This document shows positions 1 to 9,332 of a DNA stretch of 32,375 nucleotides, piece after piece. Within the stretch, counting starts at the first letter, position 1, and each line of letters opens with the position of its first letter. Made by a program: the position numbers and the translations under genes. This DNA is from Patescibacteria group bacterium. Lineage in GTDB: Bacteria > Patescibacteriota > Microgenomatia > UBA8517. Location: contig JAOAEL010000001.1 in assembly GCA_026416845.1 (NCBI GenBank), forward strand, positions 83,565-115,939, read 5' to 3'. The notes under the pieces were generated by a model that saw only the letters and a program-made list of their open reading frames with translations, had not been told where the DNA came from and ran no database searches.

Positions 1-296
1 GGCAAATAATGGCTTGGTGAAAAAAAGAGATTTAATTTTTCCTTAAACAAAAGTTGAGGCATAAGTTTTTTAAGAATCCAAAGTTTCTCTCCCTTCAAAA
101 TTTTATACGACCAATACTCATTTTCCTTTGGCAGATCGCTTCCGGGAATCTCTTTTAAAAAAACCTTAAAATGAATTTTGTTTTTTGACGACAAATTAAG
201 TGTGTTTAAAGCACATAACAACTTATATGCATACATGTGTATGCCAACTTTTTGAGCGGTATTGGCTTCATTTCCGTCTATACCTATAGTAATCAT
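1..296 (-). CDS. GT4 (GT-B, glycosyltransferase family 1) protein, N-terminal part; runs off the left edge of the window
   Basis: Not in the ORF track. Manual translation from ATG at 296 is open to the edge: MITIGIDGNEANTAQKVGIHMYAYKLL...MPQLLFKEKLNLFFSPSHYLP. The IGID, G-x-x-x-Y and FFSPSHY motifs are typical of the GT4 N-terminal domain and resemble the start of the neighbouring GT4. Confidence 0.85.
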   Translation of the reverse strand, partial: MITIGIDGNEANTAQKVGIHMYAYKLLCALNTLNLSSKNKIHFKVFLKEIPGSDLPKENEYWSYKILKGEKLWILKKLMPQLLFKEKLNLFFSPSHYL

Positions 297-316
297 AAAT
301 TAGATACTTATTTGAG

Positions 317-1405
317 CTATTTAGGCTGCACACACAACTCATATAACTTCAAGGTTAGTTTTGCTGTTTTTTCCCAAGAATACATTGCAAGCCTTTTAAC
401 ACCTTCTTTTATTAATTGTTCTTTTTTCGCAAAAGCTTTCACAATACCCGCTGATATACTAGACACATCAAACGGATCAACCCCAACATAAGCCTTACCC
501 CCCACCTCCGCTATGCTTCCGTAATTTGTGGCAACAACCGGAATTTCACAAGCAAAAGCTTCAAGTACCGGCAACCCAAACCCTTCATAAATAGACGGGT
601 ACACAAGCGCCTCTGCACCTGAATATAATGCCGGCAACATCTCTGCTTCAACAAAAGGGATACTTTTCACGCGATTAGAATCTTCGTGAAAATTTTGATT
701 CTCCCCTATTACTACCAAAATTAGATCATCACGCTTAAGTGAAAAAAACGCGTCTATAACAGACCTTAGATTCTTCCTTGGATTCCTGCCAAAACAAAGC
801 AAATATTTTTCACGAATTCCCAACTTCTTCCTCATTTTGGCAATTTGATATTTGTTTGCCTTTTTGAAACTGTTAGGTAACGCTTCGTAAACAACATGAA
901 TTTTGGATACATTAAAACCTATATCTAGTAAGTCTTTCTTTGTTGTTTCCGATGGAACAATTATAACATCACATTCTTTTTTGACTCTTGATAAGCGGGA
1001 CTTGTGAACCGAGACGATCTTTTTGGGAGTGTATTCAGGGTATTTTATAGGTGAAAGATCATGAATAGTAGTCACATTAAAAGCATTGCTTGGCGGTTGC
1101 GACCAATCAGAAGAATGAAAAACATCCACTTTGCCAATTATTTTCTCAATATGCAACCTATGAACTCTGTTCCATATAAAATCAGCCATACTTGGAGAAA
1201 TTGGAATTATTTTGGTCTTCAAATTTTGGTGAAATCCCAAAGAATCAAAAAAAGCTTTTAATTTGTAAACACCCCTCAAGCTTCCACCAAATAGCAAATA
1301 TTCATTCTTGTTATCCAACAAAAGCAGGTGTTTCACCAATTCCTTGGTATAAACAGATACCCCTGTTTCATAAACTACCTGTGATACATCAATTGCTATT
1401 TTCAT
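317..1405 (-). CDS. GT4 glycosyltransferase (MtfB/WbaZ-like mannosyltransferase subgroup), 362 aa
   Basis: MKIAID start, TGVSVY, VTTIHDL, PRKN, and the canonical E-x7-E motif YPSIYEGFGLPVLEA; YSWEKTA near the C-terminus. Confidence 0.92.
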   Translation of the reverse strand: MKIAIDVSQVVYETGVSVYTKELVKHLLLLDNKNEYLLFGGSLRGVYKLKAFFDSLGFHQNLKTKIIPISPSMADFIWNRVHRLHIEKIIGKVDVFHSSDWSQPPSNAFNVTTIHDLSPIKYPEYTPKKIVSVHKSRLSRVKKECDVIIVPSETTKKDLLDIGFNVSKIHVVYEALPNSFKKANKYQIAKMRKKLGIREKYLLCFGRNPRKNLRSVIDAFFSLKRDDLILVVIGENQNFHEDSNRVKSIPFVEAEMLPALYSGAEALVYPSIYEGFGLPVLEAFACEIPVVATNYGSIAEVGGKAYVGVDPFDVSSISAGIVKAFAKKEQLIKEGVKRLAMYSWEKTAKLTLKLYELCVQPK

Positions 1406-2765
1406 TTGGAACTAGAATATCTACAGCGCCTATCTTGTCCACTACAGTATAGCGTGAATTTATGTACTCTTGTATTCTTGGCATATATTCAACCAAGTTT
1501 CTACCTGATACCTCTGCCGAGCTATCGCGCAATATTACTTTAGGGTTTTCTGTTTTAATTCCATCTAATATTTTATCTTCGGCAATTCTCATAAACCAAT
1601 CAAAATGAAAAACAAAAACATTCCCAGCTGGTCTGGTATTGGTCAAATAGTATATATGAGGCGTAGTCGCCATAGCAAAAATTGGCTCGTTAGGCAAAGC
1701 ATATTTCCGAACTGATTTTGACAAAGTCATTTCATGATCGGTAAAAAAATAAACCTTGTTGCCAAAAACAAATCTCAGAGAAGAAAAGACAACAATCAAA
1801 GAAATCGCAAGATAAACAAATATTATTTTTTTAACTAAAATCAAATTAAAGGTGTAAACCAAAAGCATCAAAGCAAAGGGAAGCGCAGGTTGAAGATGCA
1901 CATAATCAAATCTGGCATAAGCAAAAAACAAACTGCCAATCATAAAAACAAAAACTAAAAATATTTCTTTGCCAAGCTTGTTTCTAAAGCAGAGAACAAA
2001 AGGCGCAAAAAAAGCAAAACCAAATATCATCAAGCTTTTGATAAATTCGCCCGGCGATGGATATTTTCTGCCAAGTTCGGCAAAAACAGTTAAGTTAAAA
2101 ATCACAGTCCAGTACCAAAAATCTTGCCACACTTCAATATGAATAAAGTACAAGCACATTAAAAAACCGGGCAGAAAAGCTCCAAGACTAAACCAAAAGA
2201 CGTCTTTTTTCTCATTTGAAGTTTTCAACAAATAAAGCCAGATCAAGATAACTAATGGAGCAACTACTTGCTTAAAAACTATCGCAATTCCCAATACCAA
2301 GCCGGCAAGAAAATAAAAAATTTTATTTCTAGCGTTAACCAAAAGCAGAAAAGACAATAAAAACAAAGGCACTACAAACGAATCTATCCACAAAACATAT
2401 CCTTCAAAAAATGGTTGCCAAATTAAATAAAGCAAATTCACAAAAAAAACTTTTTTTACGCTAACAAAAATTTTTTTGCCTATTAAATAAATTAAAACGT
2501 GATTAAAAAAGACAAGCAGAATTTGCAAAAATCTATAATCTTCAACTGTATCAAAACCAATAGTGGCAAAATTAACAGGGAAGAAAAACAAACCAGGAAA
2601 ATGTTGATCCATTATCTGCACGTACGGCAAAAGTCCAATTTTTGTAAGGTAAGTGTAAATAAATATTTCAGGATAAGGGAAAAAATTTAAGTTGAGCAAT
2701 AAAAAAGCGTGAATTAAAAATATGAAAAACAAAAAAAAGTAAAAAAACAAATCATTTCTTTTCAT
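1389..2765 (-). CDS. Polytopic membrane protein, putative GT-C (ArnT/PMT-like) glycosyltransferase
   Basis: About 10-12 hydrophobic segments, a first-loop motif GLLPY...MDQHFPG, VFKQ and QPALPF motifs, and a soluble C-terminal domain (PHIYYLT). Start moved to ATG 2765 (MKRND), which overlaps the upstream stop. Confidence 0.65.
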   Translation of the reverse strand: MKRNDLFFYFFLFFIFLIHAFLLLNLNFFPYPEIFIYTYLTKIGLLPYVQIMDQHFPGLFFFPVNFATIGFDTVEDYRFLQILLVFFNHVLIYLIGKKIFVSVKKVFFVNLLYLIWQPFFEGYVLWIDSFVVPLFLLSFLLLVNARNKIFYFLAGLVLGIAIVFKQVVAPLVILIWLYLLKTSNEKKDVFWFSLGAFLPGFLMCLYFIHIEVWQDFWYWTVIFNLTVFAELGRKYPSPGEFIKSLMIFGFAFFAPFVLCFRNKLGKEIFLVFVFMIGSLFFAYARFDYVHLQPALPFALMLLVYTFNLILVKKIIFVYLAISLIVVFSSLRFVFGNKVYFFTDHEMTLSKSVRKYALPNEPIFAMATTPHIYYLTNTRPAGNVFVFHFDWFMRIAEDKILDGIKTENPKVILRDSSAEVSGRNLVEYMPRIQEYINSRYTVVDKIGAVDILVPNENSN

Positions 2766-4242
2766 ATGTGGTAACAATCCCAACTCCCACAAAATCTTTT
2801 CGAGAGGCTACAGAATATCCATTGTGAATAATAATTTGTTCTATAACTTTATTAGGATCTGTCAATTCATGAAGATACTCAAAATAATAAACAGTGTCTT
2901 TGCCGGCAATTGCATTTTCTACCTTCTTTTTTGTTGCTTGCAAGTCAAAACCTAATTTGTTAATTCCTCCAACAGATCTAATTAAACCTTTAGAGTACCA
3001 TCGATAAGGCGCAAAAGGCTCAGGAAAAGAAAAAATTGCAAGTTTATGATAGTCGCGCTCTTTTTCCACATATTTTACAACCTCCCGCCAATTTTCCCTT
3101 TGTTGCCTGGAATCAAATATATAAATACCATTTTGTATCAGAAAAAAAACGCAAATGGTTAAAAAACAAATTTGCGCGATTTTTTGATTTTTAAGATTAA
3201 CTATTCCATAAGCAATTAATATAAAAACAGCAGGAAGTATAAAAACAAACCTAAAATAATTAAAAGCCGGGAAAAAAAACGAAGCTAAAATGCACAACAG
3301 AACAGGCGTTACAATCCACAAATAAACAGGAATCAAGCTTTTTCTTAAAGCGCCTCGCAAAATCACATAAAAAACAGGTATTGAAACGGCAATTACCAAA
3401 CCATAATAGAGAGATTTTGGATAGAAGGAGATTCTGCCGCCAATTATTTTTACCCACAAAAGGCTTATCTCTTTTGGCGATATGCCACCCGCCACACTTT
3501 TCCATTGACTAAAATCACTAAGCAGATATTGATAGTTTTTTACTTGTTCAAAAAAAGTTGGCAACCATAAAAGACCAACAAAAAAAACTGGCGCCAAAGA
3601 TATTAAATAAGGTTTAATCAAAAGTTTGTATTTAGATTTGTAAAAAAGCAAAATTAAAAAAGGAACAGGAAGAAAAAAAATGGGCAAATAATCTGTATAA
3701 AGTAAAACTATTGAACTGAGAGAAAACAAAAACCAATAAATTTTTTTGTCATTTTTCAAAGCAAGCAAAAAAAAGTAAAACACGCAAGCGGCAAAAAAAG
3801 CGGCCATTTGATACATTCTTGCTTCCTGAGAAAAGTATACGGCAAATTGCGAAATCGACATTAAAAATGCCACCAAAAATGGGAAACTAAATCCAAAAAC
3901 GCTTTTTTTTACTTCGTCAAAAAGTCTTGCAATTTGATATGTTAAATAAATCGTTAAAATCCCAAAAACAAGAGATAAAGATCTGATAGCGATTTCGCTT
4001 TGACCAAAAAGGTTAATCCAAAATTTTAAAGCAATATAATAAAAAGGAGGATGATTATCAAATTTGATAAACTCGTCCAAAATCCCAGAGTAAGTGTAAT
4101 CTCTTGCCGCTAAAGCCCCTATTGCTTCGTCTAGCCACAAAGATTGATCGATATTTATCAATCTCAAAAGCAAACCAACAAAAATTACAAAAACTAAAAT
4201 CACACTTTCTCTTTTTGCAATTTTTTTTGCGATATTTCCCAT
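2752..4242 (-). CDS. GT-C glycosyltransferase, GT39/GT83 (PMT_2/ArnT-like), 496 aa
   Basis: SLWLDEA acidic pair after TM1, DNHPPFYY, AIRSLS, FSQEARMY and RF motifs; many TM helices; soluble C-terminal domain (ENWR). Confidence 0.85.
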   Translation of the reverse strand: MGNIAKKIAKRESVILVFVIFVGLLLRLINIDQSLWLDEAIGALAARDYTYSGILDEFIKFDNHPPFYYIALKFWINLFGQSEIAIRSLSLVFGILTIYLTYQIARLFDEVKKSVFGFSFPFLVAFLMSISQFAVYFSQEARMYQMAAFFAACVFYFFLLALKNDKKIYWFLFSLSSIVLLYTDYLPIFFLPVPFLILLFYKSKYKLLIKPYLISLAPVFFVGLLWLPTFFEQVKNYQYLLSDFSQWKSVAGGISPKEISLLWVKIIGGRISFYPKSLYYGLVIAVSIPVFYVILRGALRKSLIPVYLWIVTPVLLCILASFFFPAFNYFRFVFILPAVFILIAYGIVNLKNQKIAQICFLTICVFFLIQNGIYIFDSRQQRENWREVVKYVEKERDYHKLAIFSFPEPFAPYRWYSKGLIRSVGGINKLGFDLQATKKKVENAIAGKDTVYYFEYLHELTDPNKVIEQIIIHNGYSVASRKDFVGVGIVTTYEKK

Positions 4243-4964
4243 AATTTGACTACCGTAATCATCCTATATATTCCCATCATATAAGACAAGACAAACCCGC
4301 GCCAACCATCCAAAAATCCCATCTTCATAAAATACCTACCGATAAACGATCGCGGAAAAGCGATTAGCAATTTAAACAAAGAGAACCTATGTCCTTTTTT
4401 ATGCTCGCTTAAAGCTATTTTTGAAGTATAATCATTCGTCATGGCAAAAAATTCAGTCACAGTTGAGTAAGAATGATGAATCTTAGAACCGCTTAACTCT
4501 AGGGTATTGCCATCAACTAAAACTTCCTCATGTATTTCTCCAACCCATTTGCCAAAACCCTTTCGGAAAAGCCATATATGCTTATCTGGACTCCATCTTG
4601 TATGATTTATCACTTTGCCAAGAAGTATGTTTTTTCTAGAAATATAAAAACCATTGCAATTGTCTTTTTTGATTGCTTGTTTTATCTCTTTTGCCAAATC
4701 CTGACTAATCTCTTCATCGGCATCCAAAGACAATATCCATTCTCCAGAGCTTTTTTCTAAAGCAAAATTTTTCTGAGAAGAATAATCGTCAAATTTTCGA
4801 TAAAAGATTTTCTTGGTATATTTTTTTGCAATTTCAATAGTTCTATCGCTACTGCCAGAATCAACAATAATAATCTCATCAGCTATATCTTTTATAGACT
4901 CCAAACAAGTCTTAATATTCTCTTCTTCATTTAAGGTAATTATGTTAACCGACAATTTAGTCAT
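4200..4964 (-). CDS. GT2 glycosyltransferase (KdtX/beta-1,4-glucosyltransferase-like), 254 aa
   Basis: ITLNEE, VDSGSSD, LDADE (DxD), IHE and GFLDGWRGF motifs. Confidence 0.9.
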   Translation of the reverse strand: MTKLSVNIITLNEEENIKTCLESIKDIADEIIIVDSGSSDRTIEIAKKYTKKIFYRKFDDYSSQKNFALEKSSGEWILSLDADEEISQDLAKEIKQAIKKDNCNGFYISRKNILLGKVINHTRWSPDKHIWLFRKGFGKWVGEIHEEVLVDGNTLELSGSKIHHSYSTVTEFFAMTNDYTSKIALSEHKKGHRFSLFKLLIAFPRSFIGRYFMKMGFLDGWRGFVLSYMMGIYRMITVVKLWEISQKKLQKEKV

Positions 4965-4969
4965 AAGCT

Positions 4970-6025
4970 CTACATGGATATACTTTCAAACAATTCATAA
5001 TATTTACCAGCTATTTTGTTCCAAGAATACATCTCAGCCCTTTTTCTTGGCACATCTTTCCAATTTGTACTCAAAGCCTTTCTGATTAATCTAATAAACT
5101 CGTTTTCTTTTGTGGGATCCACTAAAAATCCGGCATTGCCCACAATTTCGCGTCTAATAGGATCGTCATTTGCAATCACGGCAAGATTGCAAGCCATGGC
5201 TTCTATTAAAACCATTTCAAATGAAAAATGTTTAGTTGACGCAGATATCAGAAGATCAGAATTTTGATACAATTTGGGTATTTCATCAAAAGAAACTCGC
5301 AGGAAACTTGCCCTTTTGCCTAATTTCTCAAAAGCCAAATTCTTTAGATAACTTTCTTCCTCGCCTTCTCCAACAATAGTTAAATTTAAATCTGGAATTT
5401 TCGCCACCGCATTAATTACCAAATCAATTCTTTTATCTTTTGTCAATGCACCAACACACAAAACATTTCTGCCGTTTTTTGGTTTTGTAAAAGGAACAAA
5501 CAAATTTGTATCAACTCCGTTTGGTATTTGAGTTAACTTCACAAACGGATTCGCTTTTCTTGCCCACATTAAAGCATATTTTGACAATGCAACAAAACAA
5601 TCAGGGAAACACCACAAATTATTCAGATCGTCATAACCAACTCCGGCATGCCCAACAATAATCATCTTTTTGCCAGTTAGCCAACAAATAATCCTTACAA
5701 TTGCACTTTCCCAACCGCCATCCGTGGGAATAATTATCTGGTGTTTTCTAAAAATCAACTTTGGCAAAATCTTGAAACAAAAATGCAAAATCTTCAAAGA
5801 ATCATAATCAATAAAAAACCTTTTAAGCAATTTGCTTTTTACGATCTTTCTTTGATAAGTAACATAACCATTCACAATTTCAACTCCGCGACAAGCCGGC
5901 AAATTGCTATTTTGATAAATAGTAAAATCGCATTTGCCCGACAAATTGCCAGTTAAATCATTCACCCACCTTTCCACGCCACGATTATTTATACCTCTGT
6001 AAAAACTAATTATTGCCACATCCAT
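4970..6025 (-). CDS. GT4 glycosyltransferase with a non-canonical E-x7-E motif, 351 aa
   Basis: RGVE, IPNGVD, VGAL...KR, IVGEGEE, FSFEMVLIEAMAC and YSW motifs. Confidence 0.88.
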   Translation of the reverse strand: MDVAIISFYRGINNRGVERWVNDLTGNLSGKCDFTIYQNSNLPACRGVEIVNGYVTYQRKIVKSKLLKRFFIDYDSLKILHFCFKILPKLIFRKHQIIIPTDGGWESAIVRIICWLTGKKMIIVGHAGVGYDDLNNLWCFPDCFVALSKYALMWARKANPFVKLTQIPNGVDTNLFVPFTKPKNGRNVLCVGALTKDKRIDLVINAVAKIPDLNLTIVGEGEEESYLKNLAFEKLGKRASFLRVSFDEIPKLYQNSDLLISASTKHFSFEMVLIEAMACNLAVIANDDPIRREIVGNAGFLVDPTKENEFIRLIRKALSTNWKDVPRKRAEMYSWNKIAGKYYELFESISM

Positions 6026-6030
6026 ATGAG

Positions 6031-6735
6031 TTAATCTGAAAATCTAAACTTAATTAATGTCCAAAGCGCAATAAGTCCATCTTTCCAAGAAATTTTTTTG
6101 CCTTCTTCGTATCCTCTTGGTTTAACACTAATAGGTATTTCATGAATTTTGATTCCTTTTTTTAGAATCTTTGCTGTGATTTCAGGTTCAAAATCAAAAC
6201 GATTGGACTTAATTTTTATACCTGACAACACTGACCTTTTAAAAACTTTATAACAAGTTTCCATGTCTGTTATACGCGAGCCATACAATAAGTTAGTGCA
6301 AAAAGTCAAAAATTTATTGCCAAGATAATGAGTTACAAGTGGAGTTTTTTTTGCTCCTATTATCTTTAGAGGATAATTTTGCAATCTGGTTCCATAGGCA
6401 ACCTCCGCAATATTTTGATAAACCAATTCAACAAGTCTAACAAGATCTGAAGGATTATATTCCAAATCCGCATCTTGTATCGCAATGATATCTCCATTGG
6501 AAACTTTAATTCCGCTTCTAATTGCGGCTCCTTTGCCTAAATTTTTTTTGTGATTGATTACCTTTATACCTTCAAATTTTTTTACTATATCAAGTGTTTT
6601 ATCAATTGAAGCGTCATCTACCAAAATAATTTCTTTTGATATTCCATTCCCAAACTCAACCTTTTTGACTTTCTCCAAAAGTTTGCCAACTGTTTTTTCT
6701 TCATTGTAAGCTGGAATAATAATAGAAACTAGCAT
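6031..6735 (-). CDS. GT2 polyprenol-phosphate glycosyltransferase (DPM1/Ppm1-like)
   Basis: IIIPAYNEE, VDDASID, NLGKGAA, QDADLEY, GTR, TDMETCYK, FDFEPEIT, GKKISWKDG. Start moved to ATG 6735 (MLVSIII), just after the upstream stop. Confidence 0.9.
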   Translation of the reverse strand: MLVSIIIPAYNEEKTVGKLLEKVKKVEFGNGISKEIILVDDASIDKTLDIVKKFEGIKVINHKKNLGKGAAIRSGIKVSNGDIIAIQDADLEYNPSDLVRLVELVYQNIAEVAYGTRLQNYPLKIIGAKKTPLVTHYLGNKFLTFCTNLLYGSRITDMETCYKVFKRSVLSGIKIKSNRFDFEPEITAKILKKGIKIHEIPISVKPRGYEEGKKISWKDGLIALWTLIKFRFSD

Positions 6736-6736
6736 T

Positions 6737-7423
6737 TCATTTTTTTTGCGCAACTGCAAACACAGAAAGTCCAACAGGAAACTTTATAAACTTTTCAATA
6801 AACAAAAACGGGGCAAAAATTTTGTCAAAGAATGACAAATGAGATGTGGGAATAATATCAGATTTAACCAACTTCGAATTGAACCACCAACCAAAAATGC
6901 CAATAAAATTCACATATCTGCTTTCCAAAACAAAAAAGCCCAACTTTTTCAACTTTTTTTCTAATTCGCACCTTGTGTATCTCCGATAATGACCCAAGCT
7001 CTCATCAAGTTTTCCATAAGCAAACATAAAAGCTGGAACTATAAGTATAAGTGTGCCGCCATGTTTTAGAAAACCATACATATGAGAAATAGCTTCCTGA
7101 TCATTTTTTATATGTTCCAAAACATTCATACACAAAATAGAGTCAAATTTAATCTTGCCGTATCTGTTTACTCCGGTTTCAATATTCACATATTTGCTTT
7201 TGACAGACTTGAAATTCTTTTTCAGATAAGAAAGATAATACTCATCCACATCTGAAGCATAAACATCCGAAACTTCAGCAAGCATTTTGGTGAAATTTCC
7301 AATACCAGAACCTATTTCTAAAACATTTCTGCCAAGATATGGCTTTATCAATCTAAAAAGCCAAGAATTATAGTTTCTGGCTTTATTCATTACCTCCAAA
7401 GTTTTTTTGCCTACAAAATCCAT
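6737..7423 (-). CDS. Class I SAM-dependent methyltransferase, 228 aa
   Basis: VLEIGSGIG (motif I), FDSILCMNVLEH, LILIVPA and LGHYRRY. Confidence 0.9.
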   Translation of the reverse strand: MDFVGKKTLEVMNKARNYNSWLFRLIKPYLGRNVLEIGSGIGNFTKMLAEVSDVYASDVDEYYLSYLKKNFKSVKSKYVNIETGVNRYGKIKFDSILCMNVLEHIKNDQEAISHMYGFLKHGGTLILIVPAFMFAYGKLDESLGHYRRYTRCELEKKLKKLGFFVLESRYVNFIGIFGWWFNSKLVKSDIIPTSHLSFFDKIFAPFLFIEKFIKFPVGLSVFAVAQKK

Positions 7424-7433
7424 ACTTATTTAA

Positions 7434-7441
7434 ATTATACT
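7434..7441. promoter_or_regulatory. Overlapping divergent -10 elements: TATAAT (minus, 7439-7434) and TATACT (plus, 7436-7441)
   Basis: Both lie in the 24-bp gap between the divergent ATGs at 7423 and 7448. TATACT ends 6 nt before the asnB ATG; TATAAT ends 10 nt before the methyltransferase ATG. No convincing -35 element. Confidence 0.55.
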
Positions 7442-7447
7442 AGATAT

Positions 7448-9331
7448 ATGTGCGGCATCGCCGGCAAAGTATATTTAAACTCAAATCAAATCGATACAAA
7501 TTCATTACAAAGTATGTCTTCCCTGCTAGCGCATAGAGGACCTGATGATGAAGGAATTTATATAAGTCCAAATGGGAATGTAGGCTTGGTAAATAGAAGG
7601 CTGGCGATCCAAGATTTATCAAAAAATGGTCACATGCCAATGGATTTTAAAAACAAATACATTATCACATTCAATGGCGAAATATACAATTTTTGGACCC
7701 TGAGAAAAAAGTTGGAAAAGTTTGGATATAAATTCAAATCTAAAACAGACACGGAGGTAATACTTGCTCTTTACGACAAATACAAAACATCATGTTTGTC
7801 ACATTTAAACGGAATGTTTGCGTTTGCCATTTATGACAAAACAAAAAATATTTTATTTGCCGCTAGAGACAGAATTGGAGAAAAACCATTTAAATACTAT
7901 TTCAGCAACAATTGCTTCATATTCGCTTCGGAATTAAAAGCGATATTAACTCAAAAGGAGATCAAGAAAGATATCGATTGGGATGCGATTTGCAATTATT
8001 TGACTTTTGGATATTGTCCAGCGCCGCAAACCGGATTTAGTGGCATACAAAAACTGCCGCCAGGTCATTATTTAATTTGCGATATAAATCAAAAAAAACT
8101 ATCAATTTTTAAATATTGGGATATTGACTTTAGCAATAAAACGGATCTTACAACAGCCGAATTGCAACAAAAGATTATAAACACCCTTGAATCAGCAACA
8201 AAAATAAGAATGATCTCGGATGTGCCGATCGGAGCTTTTCTCTCTGGAGGAGTTGATTCAAGCGCCATTGTCGCAATGATGGCAATGAACTCAAACAAAA
8301 AAATAAACACATTCACAATAGGTTTTGAAGACGAAGAATACGACGAAAGAAAATACGCCCAAAAAGTTTCAAAAAGATACAACACAAACCACATAGAACT
8401 CATGGCAAAACCTGCCGATGTTGAGATATTGCCAAAACTTGTTTACCAATACGAGGAACCTTACGCGGATTCAAGCGCTGTAATAACATACATGATTAGT
8501 AATCTCGCCCGCCAGCACGTAACAGTAATATTAAACGGAGATGGGGGAGATGAAAACTTCGCCGGTTATGAAAGGTACAGACGAGTTAAAAGAGATGTAT
8601 TAATTGATAAATTGGCAATTGCTAAATTGCCCTCGCAAATTGCTGCAAAAATACTATTTCGATTGTTAAAAACAAATTTAACCAAGCGTATCGAGAAATT
8701 TTTAGCAAAATCAAGGTTACCTCTTTATCAAAGATATCTAAGCTATATCAAATATTTTGATAACAAGGAGAAAAATAAGATTTTAAAATTCCACCTGCAA
8801 GAAATAACTTCAGATAATTTTATAAAAGAAGTTTTTGAACAAAAAATATCAGACGATTCAAGAGATAAAACATTGTATTGGGACTTGAAATATTATCTTC
8901 CTGATGATCTTCTTGCAAAAGTTGACATAGCAAGCATGGCTGTATCTCTTGAAGCAAGGGCCCCTTTTTTGGACTATCGCATGATAGAACTATCCGCAAG
9001 CATACCTTTTGACATGAAAGTCAAAGGATTCGGCAAAAATACTCAATACAAATACATCCTAAAAAAAGCCCTTGAACCATATGTGCCAAAAGACAATTTA
9101 TACAGACAAAAAAAAGGATTTAGCATTCCGCTTTCCAAATGGTTTTCAGGGAAACTTGGCATATATGCCAAATCTATACTTTTATCAAAAAAAGCGCATA
9201 TAAATAACTACTTTGAAAAAGACGAAATAAAACAAATGTTTGAAAAACACAATGTTCTAAATGATTTTGGACCAAAACTTTGGAGTCTATTAACGCTGGA
9301 GCTGTGGTTTAAGAATTATTTCAATAACTAA
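7448..9331 (+). CDS. asnB: Asparagine synthase (glutamine-hydrolysing) family amidotransferase, probably glycan-amidating, 627 aa
   Basis: MCGIAG (Ntn Cys nucleophile), HRGPD, FNGEIYN, ARDRIGEKP, FASELKA, FLSGGVDSS, GDGGDE, KVDIASM...LEARAPFLD and KKGF. Confidence 0.95.
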   Translation: MCGIAGKVYLNSNQIDTNSLQSMSSLLAHRGPDDEGIYISPNGNVGLVNRRLAIQDLSKNGHMPMDFKNKYIITFNGEIYNFWTLRKKLEKFGYKFKSKTDTEVILALYDKYKTSCLSHLNGMFAFAIYDKTKNILFAARDRIGEKPFKYYFSNNCFIFASELKAILTQKEIKKDIDWDAICNYLTFGYCPAPQTGFSGIQKLPPGHYLICDINQKKLSIFKYWDIDFSNKTDLTTAELQQKIINTLESATKIRMISDVPIGAFLSGGVDSSAIVAMMAMNSNKKINTFTIGFEDEEYDERKYAQKVSKRYNTNHIELMAKPADVEILPKLVYQYEEPYADSSAVITYMISNLARQHVTVILNGDGGDENFAGYERYRRVKRDVLIDKLAIAKLPSQIAAKILFRLLKTNLTKRIEKFLAKSRLPLYQRYLSYIKYFDNKEKNKILKFHLQEITSDNFIKEVFEQKISDDSRDKTLYWDLKYYLPDDLLAKVDIASMAVSLEARAPFLDYRMIELSASIPFDMKVKGFGKNTQYKYILKKALEPYVPKDNLYRQKKGFSIPLSKWFSGKLGIYAKSILLSKKAHINNYFEKDEIKQMFEKHNVLNDFGPKLWSLLTLELWFKNYFNN

Positions 9332-9332
9332 A

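Noticed and set aside
2766-2792. ORF-track N-terminal extensions (starts at 2792, 6774, 20583, 29514)
   Set aside because: Downstream ATGs (2765, 6735, 20565, 29469) fit domain boundaries and sit closer to the upstream stop codons.
7448-9331. asnB as a lasso-peptide cyclase or other RiPP enzyme
   Set aside because: It has an intact glutaminase domain with the N-terminal Cys, and there is no adjacent precursor peptide, RRE or transglutaminase-like protease.
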